This document shows positions 16,901 to 25,077 of a stretch of 29,790 bases of DNA, one piece after another. Below the pieces are notes generated by a model, which searched no databases, had not been told where the DNA came from, and was given only the letters and a program-made list of their open reading frames with translations. This DNA comes from a virus (lineage: Duplodnaviria > Caudoviricetes), in IMG/VR virus record IMGVR_UViG_3300022914_000030, positions 1 through 29,790 of that record; one strand, given 5' to 3'. The stretch's first letter is position 1; each line of letters begins with the position of its first letter. The position numbers were made by a program, and so were the translations under genes.

Positions 16901-17346
16901 TTTGTGCTTGCAGTTCCTTCTATTGTTATTCCAATATGATACCAAGTATTTGTGCTAAATGTACCTGCTGACGTACTTACCCCAGTTGAATACCCAGAAT
17001 TTACACTTTGTACTCTCATAAAACCTGTATTGTGTATAAAACAATAAATTGCTTTTCCACCAGGTTGGCTACCTACTTGAAAAATATAATCTGCTGATAC
17101 AGTGTTGTTATCACCATTCCAAAACATCCAAAAAGAAAAGCTAACAGAGTTTGATGCTTTTGTATTATAATCAGTCGTTATATAAGAAGAACCACTTTTA
17201 TTAAATTGAGCACCTGCACCAAACTTACCTCCATTAATAGAATGAGAAGATTGACCATCACCCTCGTATAATACTACTCCAAAGTGTTCTGATGGTGTAA
17301 TTCCTGTACTTGGGGGTTTAACTAATAATCTTTTATTAATTGCCAT
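13969..17346 (-). CDS. Large receptor-binding protein: two LamG/ConA-like domains plus repeated YTG.G/F.P..V..K modules
   Basis: 1125 aa. WYHI/WHHV, YVNGS and GKLDQ.R.FDK.LS.SEV.TLY each occur twice, alongside repeated FS...Y.G.G and G..PD.V..K units. Confidence 0.8.
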   Translation of the reverse strand: MAINKRLLVKPPSTGITPSEHFGVVLYEGDGQSSHSINGGKFGAGAQFNKSGSSYITTDYNTKASNSVSFSFWMFWNGDNNTVSADYIFQVGSQPGGKAIYCFIHNTGFMRVQSVNSGYSTGVSTSAGTFSTNTWYHIGITIEGTASTNNVKIYVNGSLDVQGSSNKAVPATTAGTFIGNSTTTTSQGGEFWGKLDQFRIFDKELSSSEVSTLYAETVDTVESLDPLSEDTTDTLQVLGDSSCLATYRFENNEDDLSGNYDGTGTAIQYAAGRYGQAASFNGSSSKVILPQSTTNSIGSNGAFSVSFWFFANTGSLGSTERRMITLFDGIYIWIEIPTNSFLRYRVANSSPTNIENTGTTTITQNTWHHVALTGDSTNGIIAYLNGSVEISSASWDGTFKNGSGASRYNYNVIGAQEDDLGSLVRPFLGKLDQVRLFDKALSASEVTTLYNENSLVASYRFEGNANDDMRAYDGSASNVSYEYGLNFTPDFVWYKTRTQAYDHNISDSTRGTGKQVRPNITIAEVSATDHILSFDTGGFTVGAGGDANKDGDDYVAWCLKANGGTTSSNTDGSITTTVQANQDSGFSIIKYDMTVTTQTAFTIGHGLSAPPELVFFFSLDQSGSTSNIVYPNNPNKELVLDSNGAFSGATSAYWNTTAPSSTVINMGTAWGQYHSYYGGDTVAYAFHSVDGFSKIGSYTGNGSTSNIIETGFEPAFLMTKRTDTAGYNWYIWDNKRNLTNPRYLNLQADRSNAESDYSAYPHDFLSNGFEVKTSNAAFNASGGTYIYMAFAADPDTEAPTVAKSFSTVTYTGTGATQSIEGLGFQANLVWIKQRDAVRGQNWFDSTRGVYNLLQSNNTNANTVDSTQLTSFDAGGFTVGSANGVNASGGDFVAWAWKADDNEPTINTEGTVDSLVSANANAGFSIVKYEGNGTSGATIGHGLSAAPDMVIVKILNTADDWTVYHSALGNTQRIFLNQTNATGTNLNMWNSTSPSSTTVTLGNDVNVNGSGNDYIAYCFHSVSNYSKIGSYSGSSSTVSVNVGFQPDFVMVKMYNITGGRWIMIDSVRGDGTLNNTPYVQAQDSAAEATNAVYGLEFTSTGFDAYNGTINLNSSGYEYIYMAFKIN

Positions 17347-17828
17347 TAATCAATGTTTGGAAAATCATAACTTACAACCGCTTTCTTAGTTGTGAGTGCA
17401 TTGATTTCTGTTTCTACTGTATCTAATTGCGTTAATAAACCTGCTCTAGCGTCTTGCACTTCTTGTGGTATATCAATATTTCTTTCAACTTTTCTAGTTA
17501 CATACCAATCTGTAGCTGTAAGTTTACTATTAATTTGACCTTTAAAATTATCTATTTGCTTTGTTTTTAATTCCGCAAGTGTTTCACTCCACGTTTTATT
17601 TATTAAATCTTTTCTAAATACTGATGCTGTAGAATCAAAATATATTTCATCTAAGTCGTGAATTCTTGAATCATAAGTCTCATCTATGATTACATCAAAT
17701 AATCCTGCATCTCTTAATTCATCCGCAGTCATTCCTCTTGCGTTTAAATGATACCCTGTTGAAGATCTAAATTGTTTTGGTACATCAGGGAATGTTGTAA
17801 TTATTCCGTTGTTATTTACTGCTTTCAT
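17346..17828 (-). CDS. Tail fibre assembly chaperone-like protein, copy A
   Basis: 160 aa with YDSRI..L..YFDS, KTWSETL.ELK and TDWYV.RK.ERN motifs shared with 12506-12967. Confidence 0.7.
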   Translation of the reverse strand: MKAVNNNGIITTFPDVPKQFRSSTGYHLNARGMTADELRDAGLFDVIIDETYDSRIHDLDEIYFDSTASVFRKDLINKTWSETLAELKTKQIDNFKGQINSKLTATDWYVTRKVERNIDIPQEVQDARAGLLTQLDTVETEINALTTKKAVVSYDFPNID

Positions 17829-17829
17829 A

Positions 17830-18390
17830 TTATACTGCTTCTTGACTTATTGTTGCCCACTGTTCAGTAGAGCCGTTAGTTGATACTACTTGTATTAAAT
17901 TTGACACAGTACCATCATAGGTACCTGTAATTTCTTTTACACTCGCTGGCAATGTTAAAGTATAATTACCAGTGATTACTAAATCTACAACCATACCAGT
18001 TGATACATTAGAAAATGTAAGTGTAGTGTTTGCAGTTAATGTTTTAGTATGCACTGCTGCTGATGACCAGTCTACATCACTTGCTGATATAGTGGCTGCG
18101 GTTGTAAATTCTGTACCTAATTTTGCATAGCTTACTGCATCGTCCGCGATTTTAGCGGTTGTAATATTTGAATCAGTAATTTTTGCTGTAGTTACCGCGT
18201 CATCTATTATTTTAGCCGTAGTTACTGCATTATCAGCTATTTCTGCTGCAACTATAGCGCCATCTGCAATCTTAGCTGCTGTAATTGCACCATCTGCTAT
18301 TTTAGCTGTAGTCACTGCGTCATCTGCAATACTAGATGCTGATACTGCATTATCTGCTAATACGTTTGATGTTACTTTTGTTATTGCCAT
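17830..18390 (-). CDS. Fibre adaptor with decapeptide-repeat stalk
   Basis: 186 aa: MAITKV start, eight IAD.AVTTAK-type repeats, then the shared C-terminal adaptor domain (VDWS...TLTANTTLTFSN...YDGT..NLIQ). Confidence 0.75.
   Translation of the reverse strand: MAITKVTSNVLADNAVSASSIADDAVTTAKIADGAITAAKIADGAIVAAEIADNAVTTAKIIDDAVTTAKITDSNITTAKIADDAVSYAKLGTEFTTAATISASDVDWSSAAVHTKTLTANTTLTFSNVSTGMVVDLVITGNYTLTLPASVKEITGTYDGTVSNLIQVVSTNGSTEQWATISQEAV
18121..18360 (-). repeat. Eight degenerate 30-bp coding tandem repeats
   Basis: Encode LADNAVSASS/IADDAVTTAK/IADGAITAAK/IADGAIVAAE/IADNAVTTAK/IIDDAVTTAK/ITDSNITTAK/IADDAVSYAK. Confidence 0.85.
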
Positions 18391-18400
18391 TTTTGTTTAA

Positions 18401-18772
18401 TTATTCAGTTATTAAATCCCAAGATTTGTTTTCTTCGTTCCAAATATATTCATTACCATCATTTGGGTAATTTACAGGGGGGCCCCATAGACAGCTATCT
18501 TCATTTAATACCCAACTATCATATGGTTTTGGTGGTATAAACGCGTCTTTTATGCTATCATATGTATATCCTATACCTGCATAATTTTTTCTAAATGGGG
18601 TTTCTCCATTTTTATGCGCACCTCCTATTGTATTAAATGATGTTCTTTTACAAGTTTGGCCTTTTATATTTGTATAATATAATTCCCAATCAATATTATT
18701 TTCATTTTCGTCTTTACCTACTATAACTTCAGTTACGATATTATCTACGTCTAAAAATGCATAATGTGCCAT
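18401..18772 (-). CDS. Partner/chaperone of the glycine-rich fibre tip
   Basis: 123 aa, MAHYA.LD..NIV..VIV...RKNYAGIGY.YD...DAFIPP.P..SW. This type commonly sits next to Gly-rich phage proteins. Confidence 0.65.
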   Translation of the reverse strand: MAHYAFLDVDNIVTEVIVGKDENENNIDWELYYTNIKGQTCKRTSFNTIGGAHKNGETPFRKNYAGIGYTYDSIKDAFIPPKPYDSWVLNEDSCLWGPPVNYPNDGNEYIWNEENKSWDLITE

Positions 18773-18773
18773 A

Positions 18774-19649
18774 TTAACTAAAATTTATTGAATCTGTTCC
18801 CGCTGTAAATGTAGTTACTTTAAAATTACCATCTGTAGTTGTTGAACTTGTTAATCCCGCCCCAATAGAAATATTATATGAATTTGGGTATCTTAAAACT
18901 ACTACACCGGATCCACCAGAACCTGTAGTCCCTCTAGCGGCTCCTCCACCACCTCCAAGATTAGCGGTCCCACTTCCTGCATTTCCAGTTGATGCTCCAC
19001 CTGCACCACCTCCCCCAGTACCTCCAGAGCCTCCTGAATAAGAGTCTTTACCACCACCACCACCAGCGTAAGTTACTGAAGAACCAGTTATATTAGTGCT
19101 AACTCCGGCTCCCCCGCTACTAGCAACATTTCCTCCAACATTTGCAGCAGCAGCACCTGCACCACCACCACCACCTCCGGCATAAGGGGATACATTAACA
19201 GAATTACCCCCTTTAAACCCTTGATTAGTAGTTCCGCTACCACCGGATTTACCATTAGAAGCACCACCCCCAGATCCACCATTATTACCGTTTTGATTAC
19301 TAGACGAGGTGTGTGCACCCCCACCACCACCAGCTGTAGAAGTTATAGTGCTGAAAACAGAATTCGAGCCATTATTACCATTAGTTGTAGTACCGCCTGC
19401 ACCACCTGCCCCTATAGTTACTGTATAATTCGTTGAAATAGCTATATTTAGGGCTGATTCCAAAGAGCCTCCTCCTCCTGATATAGTGCCATAAGAAGTT
19501 CTTAATCCTCCGGCTCCTCCACCACCTGCTCCTCTTTGTGCAGAATAGGCATCTTTACCACCTCCTCCACCACCTGCTACAACTAAAAAATCTATTTCAA
19601 AATTAGCTGCTTTTCCATAGCTTCCAAAATTTATTCCTTGTCCAAACAT
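18774..19649 (-). CDS. Glycine-rich (polyglycine-II-type) receptor-binding protein
   Basis: 291 aa, FLVVAGGGGGG...YTVTIGAGG...GGSGVVVLRYP. Confidence 0.75.
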   Translation of the reverse strand: MFGQGINFGSYGKAANFEIDFLVVAGGGGGGKDAYSAQRGAGGGGAGGLRTSYGTISGGGGSLESALNIAISTNYTVTIGAGGAGGTTTNGNNGSNSVFSTITSTAGGGGGAHTSSSNQNGNNGGSGGGASNGKSGGSGTTNQGFKGGNSVNVSPYAGGGGGGAGAAAANVGGNVASSGGAGVSTNITGSSVTYAGGGGGKDSYSGGSGGTGGGGAGGASTGNAGSGTANLGGGGGAARGTTGSGGSGVVVLRYPNSYNISIGAGLTSSTTTDGNFKVTTFTAGTDSINFS

Positions 19650-19650
19650 A

Positions 19651-20181
19651 TTATGTTATTTGCGCTATACTATACCAAAATTCAGTTGCACTTACACATG
19701 TAATTTGATAAAAGTTTTTAGTCGAGCTTGTATCATCATAAGTGCCTGCTAATTTATTAAACGTTCCACTTCCTCCGCCCACTGTCCAGGTATTAGCTGT
19801 ATAACTACTTCCAGCTCCTGTTACAATTAATGTTTTAGTAACCCCTATTTTAGGATTTACTATATTAAATGTTGTATTCGCATTAGGTGTTAAAGTAAAA
19901 ACTTGAGCCGTGTCAAAATCAATATCAACTGTTGATCCTGCGGTTAATGAGCTAGATGTTGTAAATTCGTTATCAACTTTTTCATAATTTACAGCGTCAT
20001 TAGCTATTGTTAGAGTGCCAGCTGATACGGTTGCGTCGCCACTTATAGCAAGTGTTGAACCATCACCAAGTAAAGAATATATTTCATTGGTATTATCATT
20101 TACTTTATCAAAAGAAGCTCTTATTGAATCTCCTGTACCATCATTAGCAGTGGTACCTATTCCTATTGTTTGTTTTGCCAT
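19651..20181 (-). CDS. Fibre adaptor with T4 gp9/gp10-like N-terminus, copy A
   Basis: MAKQTIGIG..ANDGTGDSIR...KVNDNTNEIY; paralogue of 12972-13508. Confidence 0.7.
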   Translation of the reverse strand: MAKQTIGIGTTANDGTGDSIRASFDKVNDNTNEIYSLLGDGSTLAISGDATVSAGTLTIANDAVNYEKVDNEFTTSSSLTAGSTVDIDFDTAQVFTLTPNANTTFNIVNPKIGVTKTLIVTGAGSSYTANTWTVGGGSGTFNKLAGTYDDTSSTKNFYQITCVSATEFWYSIAQIT

Positions 20182-20193
20182 TTTTTTTAAAAT

Positions 20194-20436
20194 TTAAAAT
20201 TTAGTTTCGTCTGAAAATACATCTATTGTATCAACAGATAAAATATCTATATCAGCAGATAATCTATATAATAAACTTTGCAATGTTACCCATCGGCCTC
20301 CATTATAAAGTTCATATTTTCTTAAATCAGTATTAAACCTAGTAACGCCAACAGTAGGACTTCCTGGTCTTTCTGCTGTAGTGCCTGACTCTATTGTAGC
20401 GCTAGGTGCTGGAAAAAAATCTGTAAAATTACTCAT
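20194..20436 (-). CDS. Small fibre linker protein (GTTAERP module plus acidic tail)
   Basis: 80 aa, SGTTAERP.SP..G..RFNT....E.YNG..W, tail LSADIDILSVDTIDVFSD. Confidence 0.7.
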   Translation of the reverse strand: MSNFTDFFPAPSATIESGTTAERPGSPTVGVTRFNTDLRKYELYNGGRWVTLQSLLYRLSADIDILSVDTIDVFSDETKF

Positions 20437-20437
20437 G

Positions 20438-22096
20438 CTATTGTCCTATTATTACCCAACCTTGGGCTGTTCCTGAAAATATAATTTCAAAACTTGCATT
20501 TGAATCATCTAATGTTAACGTTGTATTACTACCCATTATTTTATCTGTTCCATCTGGAACTAAAGTACAAGTCTCTACTCCTGATCTATTGCTTATTTTT
20601 ATTGAATTACCAACTATACCTGCTGGTAATGTTAAAGCTAAACTTGCTGTAAATACATATAATGCATTTTTTACAGCTGTTGTATTAGATGAAATTACTG
20701 AAACAGCATAATCTGGTCTTAAATTAGCTACACTTACTTCTCCAAATTGCATTACTTCAATTGTATATCCATTTTGGGGCGCTGTGCTAAATGTTAATGT
20801 TGTTCCAGCAATGCTATAGGTAGATTTATCTTGATAAACACCATTTATAAATACAAATGTATTATTTTCATCTGTAACACTTTGCGATAATGTAAATCCA
20901 GTAGTACTTCCATCCCCTGTAAACTGATTATCATTTATTGTTGATATTCCAGCTGTTTTTATATGTACAACTTCAATAGCTGCGCTTGTTGGTGGTGCTG
21001 TTGAAAATGTTATTGTACTTCCAGATACAGTATAATTATCTTTTGATTGATATACACCGTCTATATATATTTGTGTATTATTTTCATCAATTATAGTTGT
21101 TCCTGCAGTAAATGCTACAGTACTATTGTCACCTGTAAATGTATCAGTTCTAACTATACCTTGTACAGAAACAAAATGTATAATTTCTATTTCAGCCCCA
21201 TTTGCAGGTGCTGTAGAAAATGTTACAGTTGAACCACTTGTGCTATAATTATCTTTGCTTTGATAAACACCATCAATATATATCTGTGTATTGTTTTCAG
21301 ATGCTATTGATGATGATACAGAAAACGCAACTGTTGATCCATCTCCCGTTAATATATTTTTTTCAACTGATAATTGACTTGATCCTCCCGCTGCTGCTGC
21401 ATTTTTCCAATAACTATTTGTACTATCCCAAGTTAATACTTGACCATCTGATAAGCTTGATAATGTTACATCTGATATATTACCAACTGTGTGTGATGTT
21501 GCTGTTGGTACTGAACTTGAATTACCAAGCCAAATATTGTTTTGTGCTATATTAGGTAAATCATTTGTTCTAAGAATAGATGAAACTATAATTGAACCTG
21601 CATTAGATGAATTTACTCTTGCTACTTTACCAATGTTTTGTATTAAATTGGTACCCGTAGGCTTGGTCATTGTAAGACCACCTCCAGATTTTACATAAAT
21701 TGTATTATTTGAGGCAGTATTCGTGGCGTCTATTGGATCCGTAGTTAAATTCTTAAGTAAACCACCTGTTACAGCATAACCTTCACTATTGTTTGCTAAA
21801 TCAGTTTCTAAAACACCCACAGCCGGCATTTTAGCAGAATTACTAGCATCTGCTGGCGCGACTTCTACTCTAAATGATGCACCAACAGTTCCAGTTACAT
21901 AAACAGGTGTACCTTTTGTAATTGTACTACCTGATGTATTTTTACATTCAATTTTAACCGTTTGCCCGTCAGATATAGCGGAAAACGATAACGTTCCAGC
22001 ACCATCAGTTATTATAGCCTGACTCGCTGTCCCATCCGCAGACGGAAACGTATACGAGTCGTTTATGTTTATGGTATCCCTAAACTTTACAGGCAT
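20438..22096 (-). CDS. Multidomain fibre hub protein with three tandem ~70-aa TGD.ST repeats
   Basis: 552 aa: ITKGTPVY..ADA..KMPAVG domain, three TGD(G/N)ST..F...NN....I.GVYQ....Y...G.T.TFSTAP repeats (about 20745-21352), and a C-terminal LTLPA...GW domain. Confidence 0.75.
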   Translation of the reverse strand: MPVKFRDTININDSYTFPSADGTASQAIITDGAGTLSFSAISDGQTVKIECKNTSGSTITKGTPVYVTGTVGASFRVEVAPADASNSAKMPAVGVLETDLANNSEGYAVTGGLLKNLTTDPIDATNTASNNTIYVKSGGGLTMTKPTGTNLIQNIGKVARVNSSNAGSIIVSSILRTNDLPNIAQNNIWLGNSSSVPTATSHTVGNISDVTLSSLSDGQVLTWDSTNSYWKNAAAAGGSSQLSVEKNILTGDGSTVAFSVSSSIASENNTQIYIDGVYQSKDNYSTSGSTVTFSTAPANGAEIEIIHFVSVQGIVRTDTFTGDNSTVAFTAGTTIIDENNTQIYIDGVYQSKDNYTVSGSTITFSTAPPTSAAIEVVHIKTAGISTINDNQFTGDGSTTGFTLSQSVTDENNTFVFINGVYQDKSTYSIAGTTLTFSTAPQNGYTIEVMQFGEVSVANLRPDYAVSVISSNTTAVKNALYVFTASLALTLPAGIVGNSIKISNRSGVETCTLVPDGTDKIMGSNTTLTLDDSNASFEIIFSGTAQGWVIIGQ

Positions 22097-22106
22097 GGGT
22101 TATATT

Positions 22107-23162
22107 TTAAATTTTTCTAATTAGAACTCTAATATCGTTTGTAGTTGGAGCGCTTGTAAATGCAACTGTTATATTATTAGCGTCTGTTCTTGTTATATCA
22201 GCAATTACTGTTTCGTATGATGAAGCATCGTATAATTCAACCAAAACATCTCTAGAATTTAAAGCGTGGTTAACTGTATATGATGTATTCGTTCCATCTC
22301 CAATTGATGCTTTGTATGAATCTGCTGCTGTAGCAATGTTATAATAAGTAGAACCATCATTTGTTAATTCCCAAACATCATTTGTTTCATTCCATCTTAA
22401 TTCAACATTTGTTGAAGTACCTCTTTCAACTTCAATACCAGCATTTTGCGACGGCGTACCAGTTTCATTGCTATTTAAAGTAATTATATTATCAGCAAGT
22501 AATATTGTTTCTGTATTAACTGTTGTAGTTGTACCAGAAACTGTTAAATCACCTGTTACTATTAAATCATTACCAATTGTTACATCATCTGGTAAGCCAA
22601 TAGTAATAGTATCACCTGATACAGATGTTTCAATTTCATTAGCTGTACCAGAAATTGTTAATGTATCTGTACCTAAAACAACACCGTCATCAGTACCTGA
22701 ATCTGCTGCAATATCAAGTGTTGTTGTAATTGAAGCTGTTCCAGCTGCTGTTAAACGACCATCAGCATCTACCGTGAATGTAGGTATTGCTGAAGAAGAT
22801 CCATATGATCCTGCTGTAACTGTTGTTGACGCAAGTTCGTTCGCTGTAATACCACCCGCTTTTACTCTTACTGTATCAGAGTTTATTTCAATTGTAGAAT
22901 CATCTACATTTACATTAAGTGTTACAGAATCTGTATTCCCACCACCAGTTAAACCGTCACCAGCTATAACTTCTGTTATATCACCAGCGATGCTTGACCA
23001 AGCGGTTCCGTCATAAACGTATATTCTTTTATTACCAGCTGTTGAATTATAATATATCTGCCCTTCGCTTGGACTAGATGGTGCAGTACCTAATGGGTGA
23101 ATCACTGCGTTTTGTAATTCATTCTGGTTTAAATTAAGATGTGTTAAATATTTTAAAGCCAT
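22107..23162 (-). CDS. Fibre shaft protein
   Basis: 351 aa with VTAGSYGS...TVDADGRLTAA and GDLTVSGTTTTVN...DNII.LN...AGIEVERG motifs, and a C-terminal TVNHAL domain. Confidence 0.72.
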   Translation of the reverse strand: MALKYLTHLNLNQNELQNAVIHPLGTAPSSPSEGQIYYNSTAGNKRIYVYDGTAWSSIAGDITEVIAGDGLTGGGNTDSVTLNVNVDDSTIEINSDTVRVKAGGITANELASTTVTAGSYGSSSAIPTFTVDADGRLTAAGTASITTTLDIAADSGTDDGVVLGTDTLTISGTANEIETSVSGDTITIGLPDDVTIGNDLIVTGDLTVSGTTTTVNTETILLADNIITLNSNETGTPSQNAGIEVERGTSTNVELRWNETNDVWELTNDGSTYYNIATAADSYKASIGDGTNTSYTVNHALNSRDVLVELYDASSYETVIADITRTDANNITVAFTSAPTTNDIRVLIRKI

Positions 23163-23169
23163 TTTGTTT

Positions 23170-23871
23170 TTAGTTTAGATATGCTTTTCCAGAAAAAGAT
23201 GCAGAAAAGTTTACTGTTAATGAATTATTGTTTGTATAAGTTATTTCTCCAACCACGTAATTATCAGCTGAATCAACAATTGTTACGGATGGAAATTTTT
23301 CCATGTTATGATTTATTGTCCAAGAATTTGATGCTGTATTCTGCGTAAATATAAACGCTTTGTCAACATCACTAGGTGCCTGAACTATACCATATACTTT
23401 ACCAGCTATTAGGCTTCCATTGCCTTCGCCGAAATTTAAAGTTGCATCAAAAAATGCTGTTTCACCTGTTCTTTCTACTAAAGAAGTCAATTCATATTTA
23501 CCAAAATTATTTGTATTATCTAATTGGTAAATAAATATTGATCCATCTTCAAGATATTCTAAATACTCAGTTACTACTATTCCACCGTTACTGGTTTTAC
23601 ATATAACTAAATTACTAATATCTGAAAATAATGTTCCATCACCACTTCCTCCTGAAAACGTTATAGTCCCAACTAATCTATTAGGTGAACTTTGCGTACT
23701 AAATAAATAAGGCAATTGACCTCCAATACCTATTTTACCTGTTTCATTAAAGTTATTGGCAATACCCTGAACAGTGAAATTTCTTGTTTTTCCTGTCAGT
23801 GTATCTGTACCAATCCACTTATCACCATCTTGTATATTGGTGTCGGTTAAATAAGTATTTATTCTAGCCAT
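23170..23871 (-). CDS. Proximal fibre/structural protein
   Basis: 233 aa, MARINTY...DKWIGTD start, C-terminal WTINHNM.KFPSVT.VD...F...FSGKAYLN domain related to the C-terminus of 22107-23162. Confidence 0.68.
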   Translation of the reverse strand: MARINTYLTDTNIQDGDKWIGTDTLTGKTRNFTVQGIANNFNETGKIGIGGQLPYLFSTQSSPNRLVGTITFSGGSGDGTLFSDISNLVICKTSNGGIVVTEYLEYLEDGSIFIYQLDNTNNFGKYELTSLVERTGETAFFDATLNFGEGNGSLIAGKVYGIVQAPSDVDKAFIFTQNTASNSWTINHNMEKFPSVTIVDSADNYVVGEITYTNNNSLTVNFSASFSGKAYLN

Positions 23872-24326
23872 TATTTACTTATAGTTTTGAATTTTTCTGC
23901 TCCACGCGAACCAAAATAAGCCACATAAACAGTAATAAGAAGTGATTTTAATAAATCAACCCAACCACTATCAACACTAAATTCCAAGCCTGTTGAGTCT
24001 ATAAATATCAATAAGACCATCGCGACTGTTAAAAAAATCAGTGTCAAAGGTCTTGTGTTTTTCGAAAGCCATGAATCAGATTGCATATCCGCCTGCCACC
24101 TTTTAGATACCTCTTGCATTTCTACAGTATCTTGGTGCAGTAAAGCTAATGCTTTTTCTTTGTCTTCCGCTGGTAATACAGGGTCTTTTTTGATTAGATT
24201 TTTAACTAATCCCATTACACCCTTATCAGGCAGGACGTCGCCTAAACTACCTATTATGTTTGATCCAGCACCTGCTAAAAACTTTCCAACTGCTGTATCT
24301 TTTAATTTTTTTCTATTTTTTGACAT
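23871..24326 (-). CDS. Holin-like protein (3-TM, GTA-holin type)
   Basis: RWQADMQSDSWLSKNTRP followed by two hydrophobic helices and AYFGSRG.EK. Confidence 0.75.
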   Translation of the reverse strand: MSKNRKKLKDTAVGKFLAGAGSNIIGSLGDVLPDKGVMGLVKNLIKKDPVLPAEDKEKALALLHQDTVEMQEVSKRWQADMQSDSWLSKNTRPLTLIFLTVAMVLLIFIDSTGLEFSVDSGWVDLLKSLLITVYVAYFGSRGAEKFKTISK

Positions 24327-24597
24327 TAGCTTTTCTACCAGCTCTTTTGCCTTTTAAAGATTTCGGTAAATCTTCTAATTGATTACCAACTTCTTTGATT
24401 GATGCTGCTACGTCCTTTAATTCAGCTTTTAATCTATTTAATTTGTTTACAGCATTAGCTTGAACTTCTTCAACTTTTGCTTCAACTGAATCCGCGATAA
24501 AATCGCCATCTGCATCTTTAATTTTTCCTGAATGAAGCATAATCAAATAAACTATTGCTATTGCTTCTAATATTGCAATTATAATTAAAATATTCAT
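24313..24597 (-). CDS. Membrane-anchored coiled-coil protein
   Basis: 94 aa: N-terminal TM, DADGDFIAD acidic motif, heptad region, basic tail; adjacent to the holin. Confidence 0.65.
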   Translation of the reverse strand: MNILIIIAILEAIAIVYLIMLHSGKIKDADGDFIADSVEAKVEEVQANAVNKLNRLKAELKDVAASIKEVGNQLEDLPKSLKGKRAGRKANVKK

Positions 24598-24598
24598 A

Positions 24599-24757
24599 TT
24601 ATTTATTTTTGTATGGAAACAATTTATTTAAAGCATCTTTTCTGCCTTCACATCCGCAAGGTATATTTAAGCCTTTGGATATAGTATCAACCATACTTTT
24701 GATACCTGTTTTTTTTGTAACTTTTTCAATTGAGTCACCTAATCCTTTTGATTTCAT
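24599..24757 (-). CDS. 52-aa GLGD...CGC small phage protein (not in ORF track)
   Basis: Hand translation MKSKGLGDSIEKVTKKTGIKSMVDTISKGLNIPCGCEGRKDALNKLFPYKNK*; fills the gap between neighbours. Confidence 0.8.
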   Translation of the reverse strand: MKSKGLGDSIEKVTKKTGIKSMVDTISKGLNIPCGCEGRKDALNKLFPYKNK

Positions 24758-24761
24758 ATTA

Positions 24762-25076
24762 TTATTGGTATCTATCTACTAACTCTTGAATGTCTTCAAG
24801 TTTAGCTTCTATTTTCATACTTAACCCCGCTTCTAATCTTGCTATTGGCTTTCCGTTTCTAAAAATAATTATTACTGGAACTGATTTTATGCTATTTTGC
24901 AACTCTTCACCTTGCTCTTCAACAAATGCTTTTGAGACATTAGCGCGTTTAATGGATTGAAGTTTTGAATAATCATTTTTTTGATTCCATTTATAATTAA
25001 AATGAACTACACTTATATCTTGTGAATAAACGCTAAACGATAACAAAAATAATAATATTGTAATAAATTTTTTCAT
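24762..25076 (-). CDS. Secreted thioredoxin-fold protein without CxxC
   Basis: Start MKKFITILLFLLSFSVYS|Q (Sec signal). VVHFNYKWNQKN sits at the WCxxC position, followed by the IKSVPVIIIFRNGK cis-Pro strand. Confidence 0.62.
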   Translation of the reverse strand: MKKFITILLFLLSFSVYSQDISVVHFNYKWNQKNDYSKLQSIKRANVSKAFVEEQGEELQNSIKSVPVIIIFRNGKPIARLEAGLSMKIEAKLEDIQELVDRYQ

Positions 25077-25077
25077 A

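Noticed and set aside
15449-19330. Same-strand alternative-frame ORFs 15449-15679 and 19088-19330
   Set aside because: Short, motif-free, and explained by low-complexity Gly/Ser/Thr codons in the host genes.
8097-24357. Other plus-strand ORFs in the late block (e.g. 10322-10567, 13267-13515, 20015-20197, 22468-23016, 24055-24357)
   Set aside because: Antisense shadows. The similarity between 13267 and 20015 only mirrors the paralogy of the real genes.
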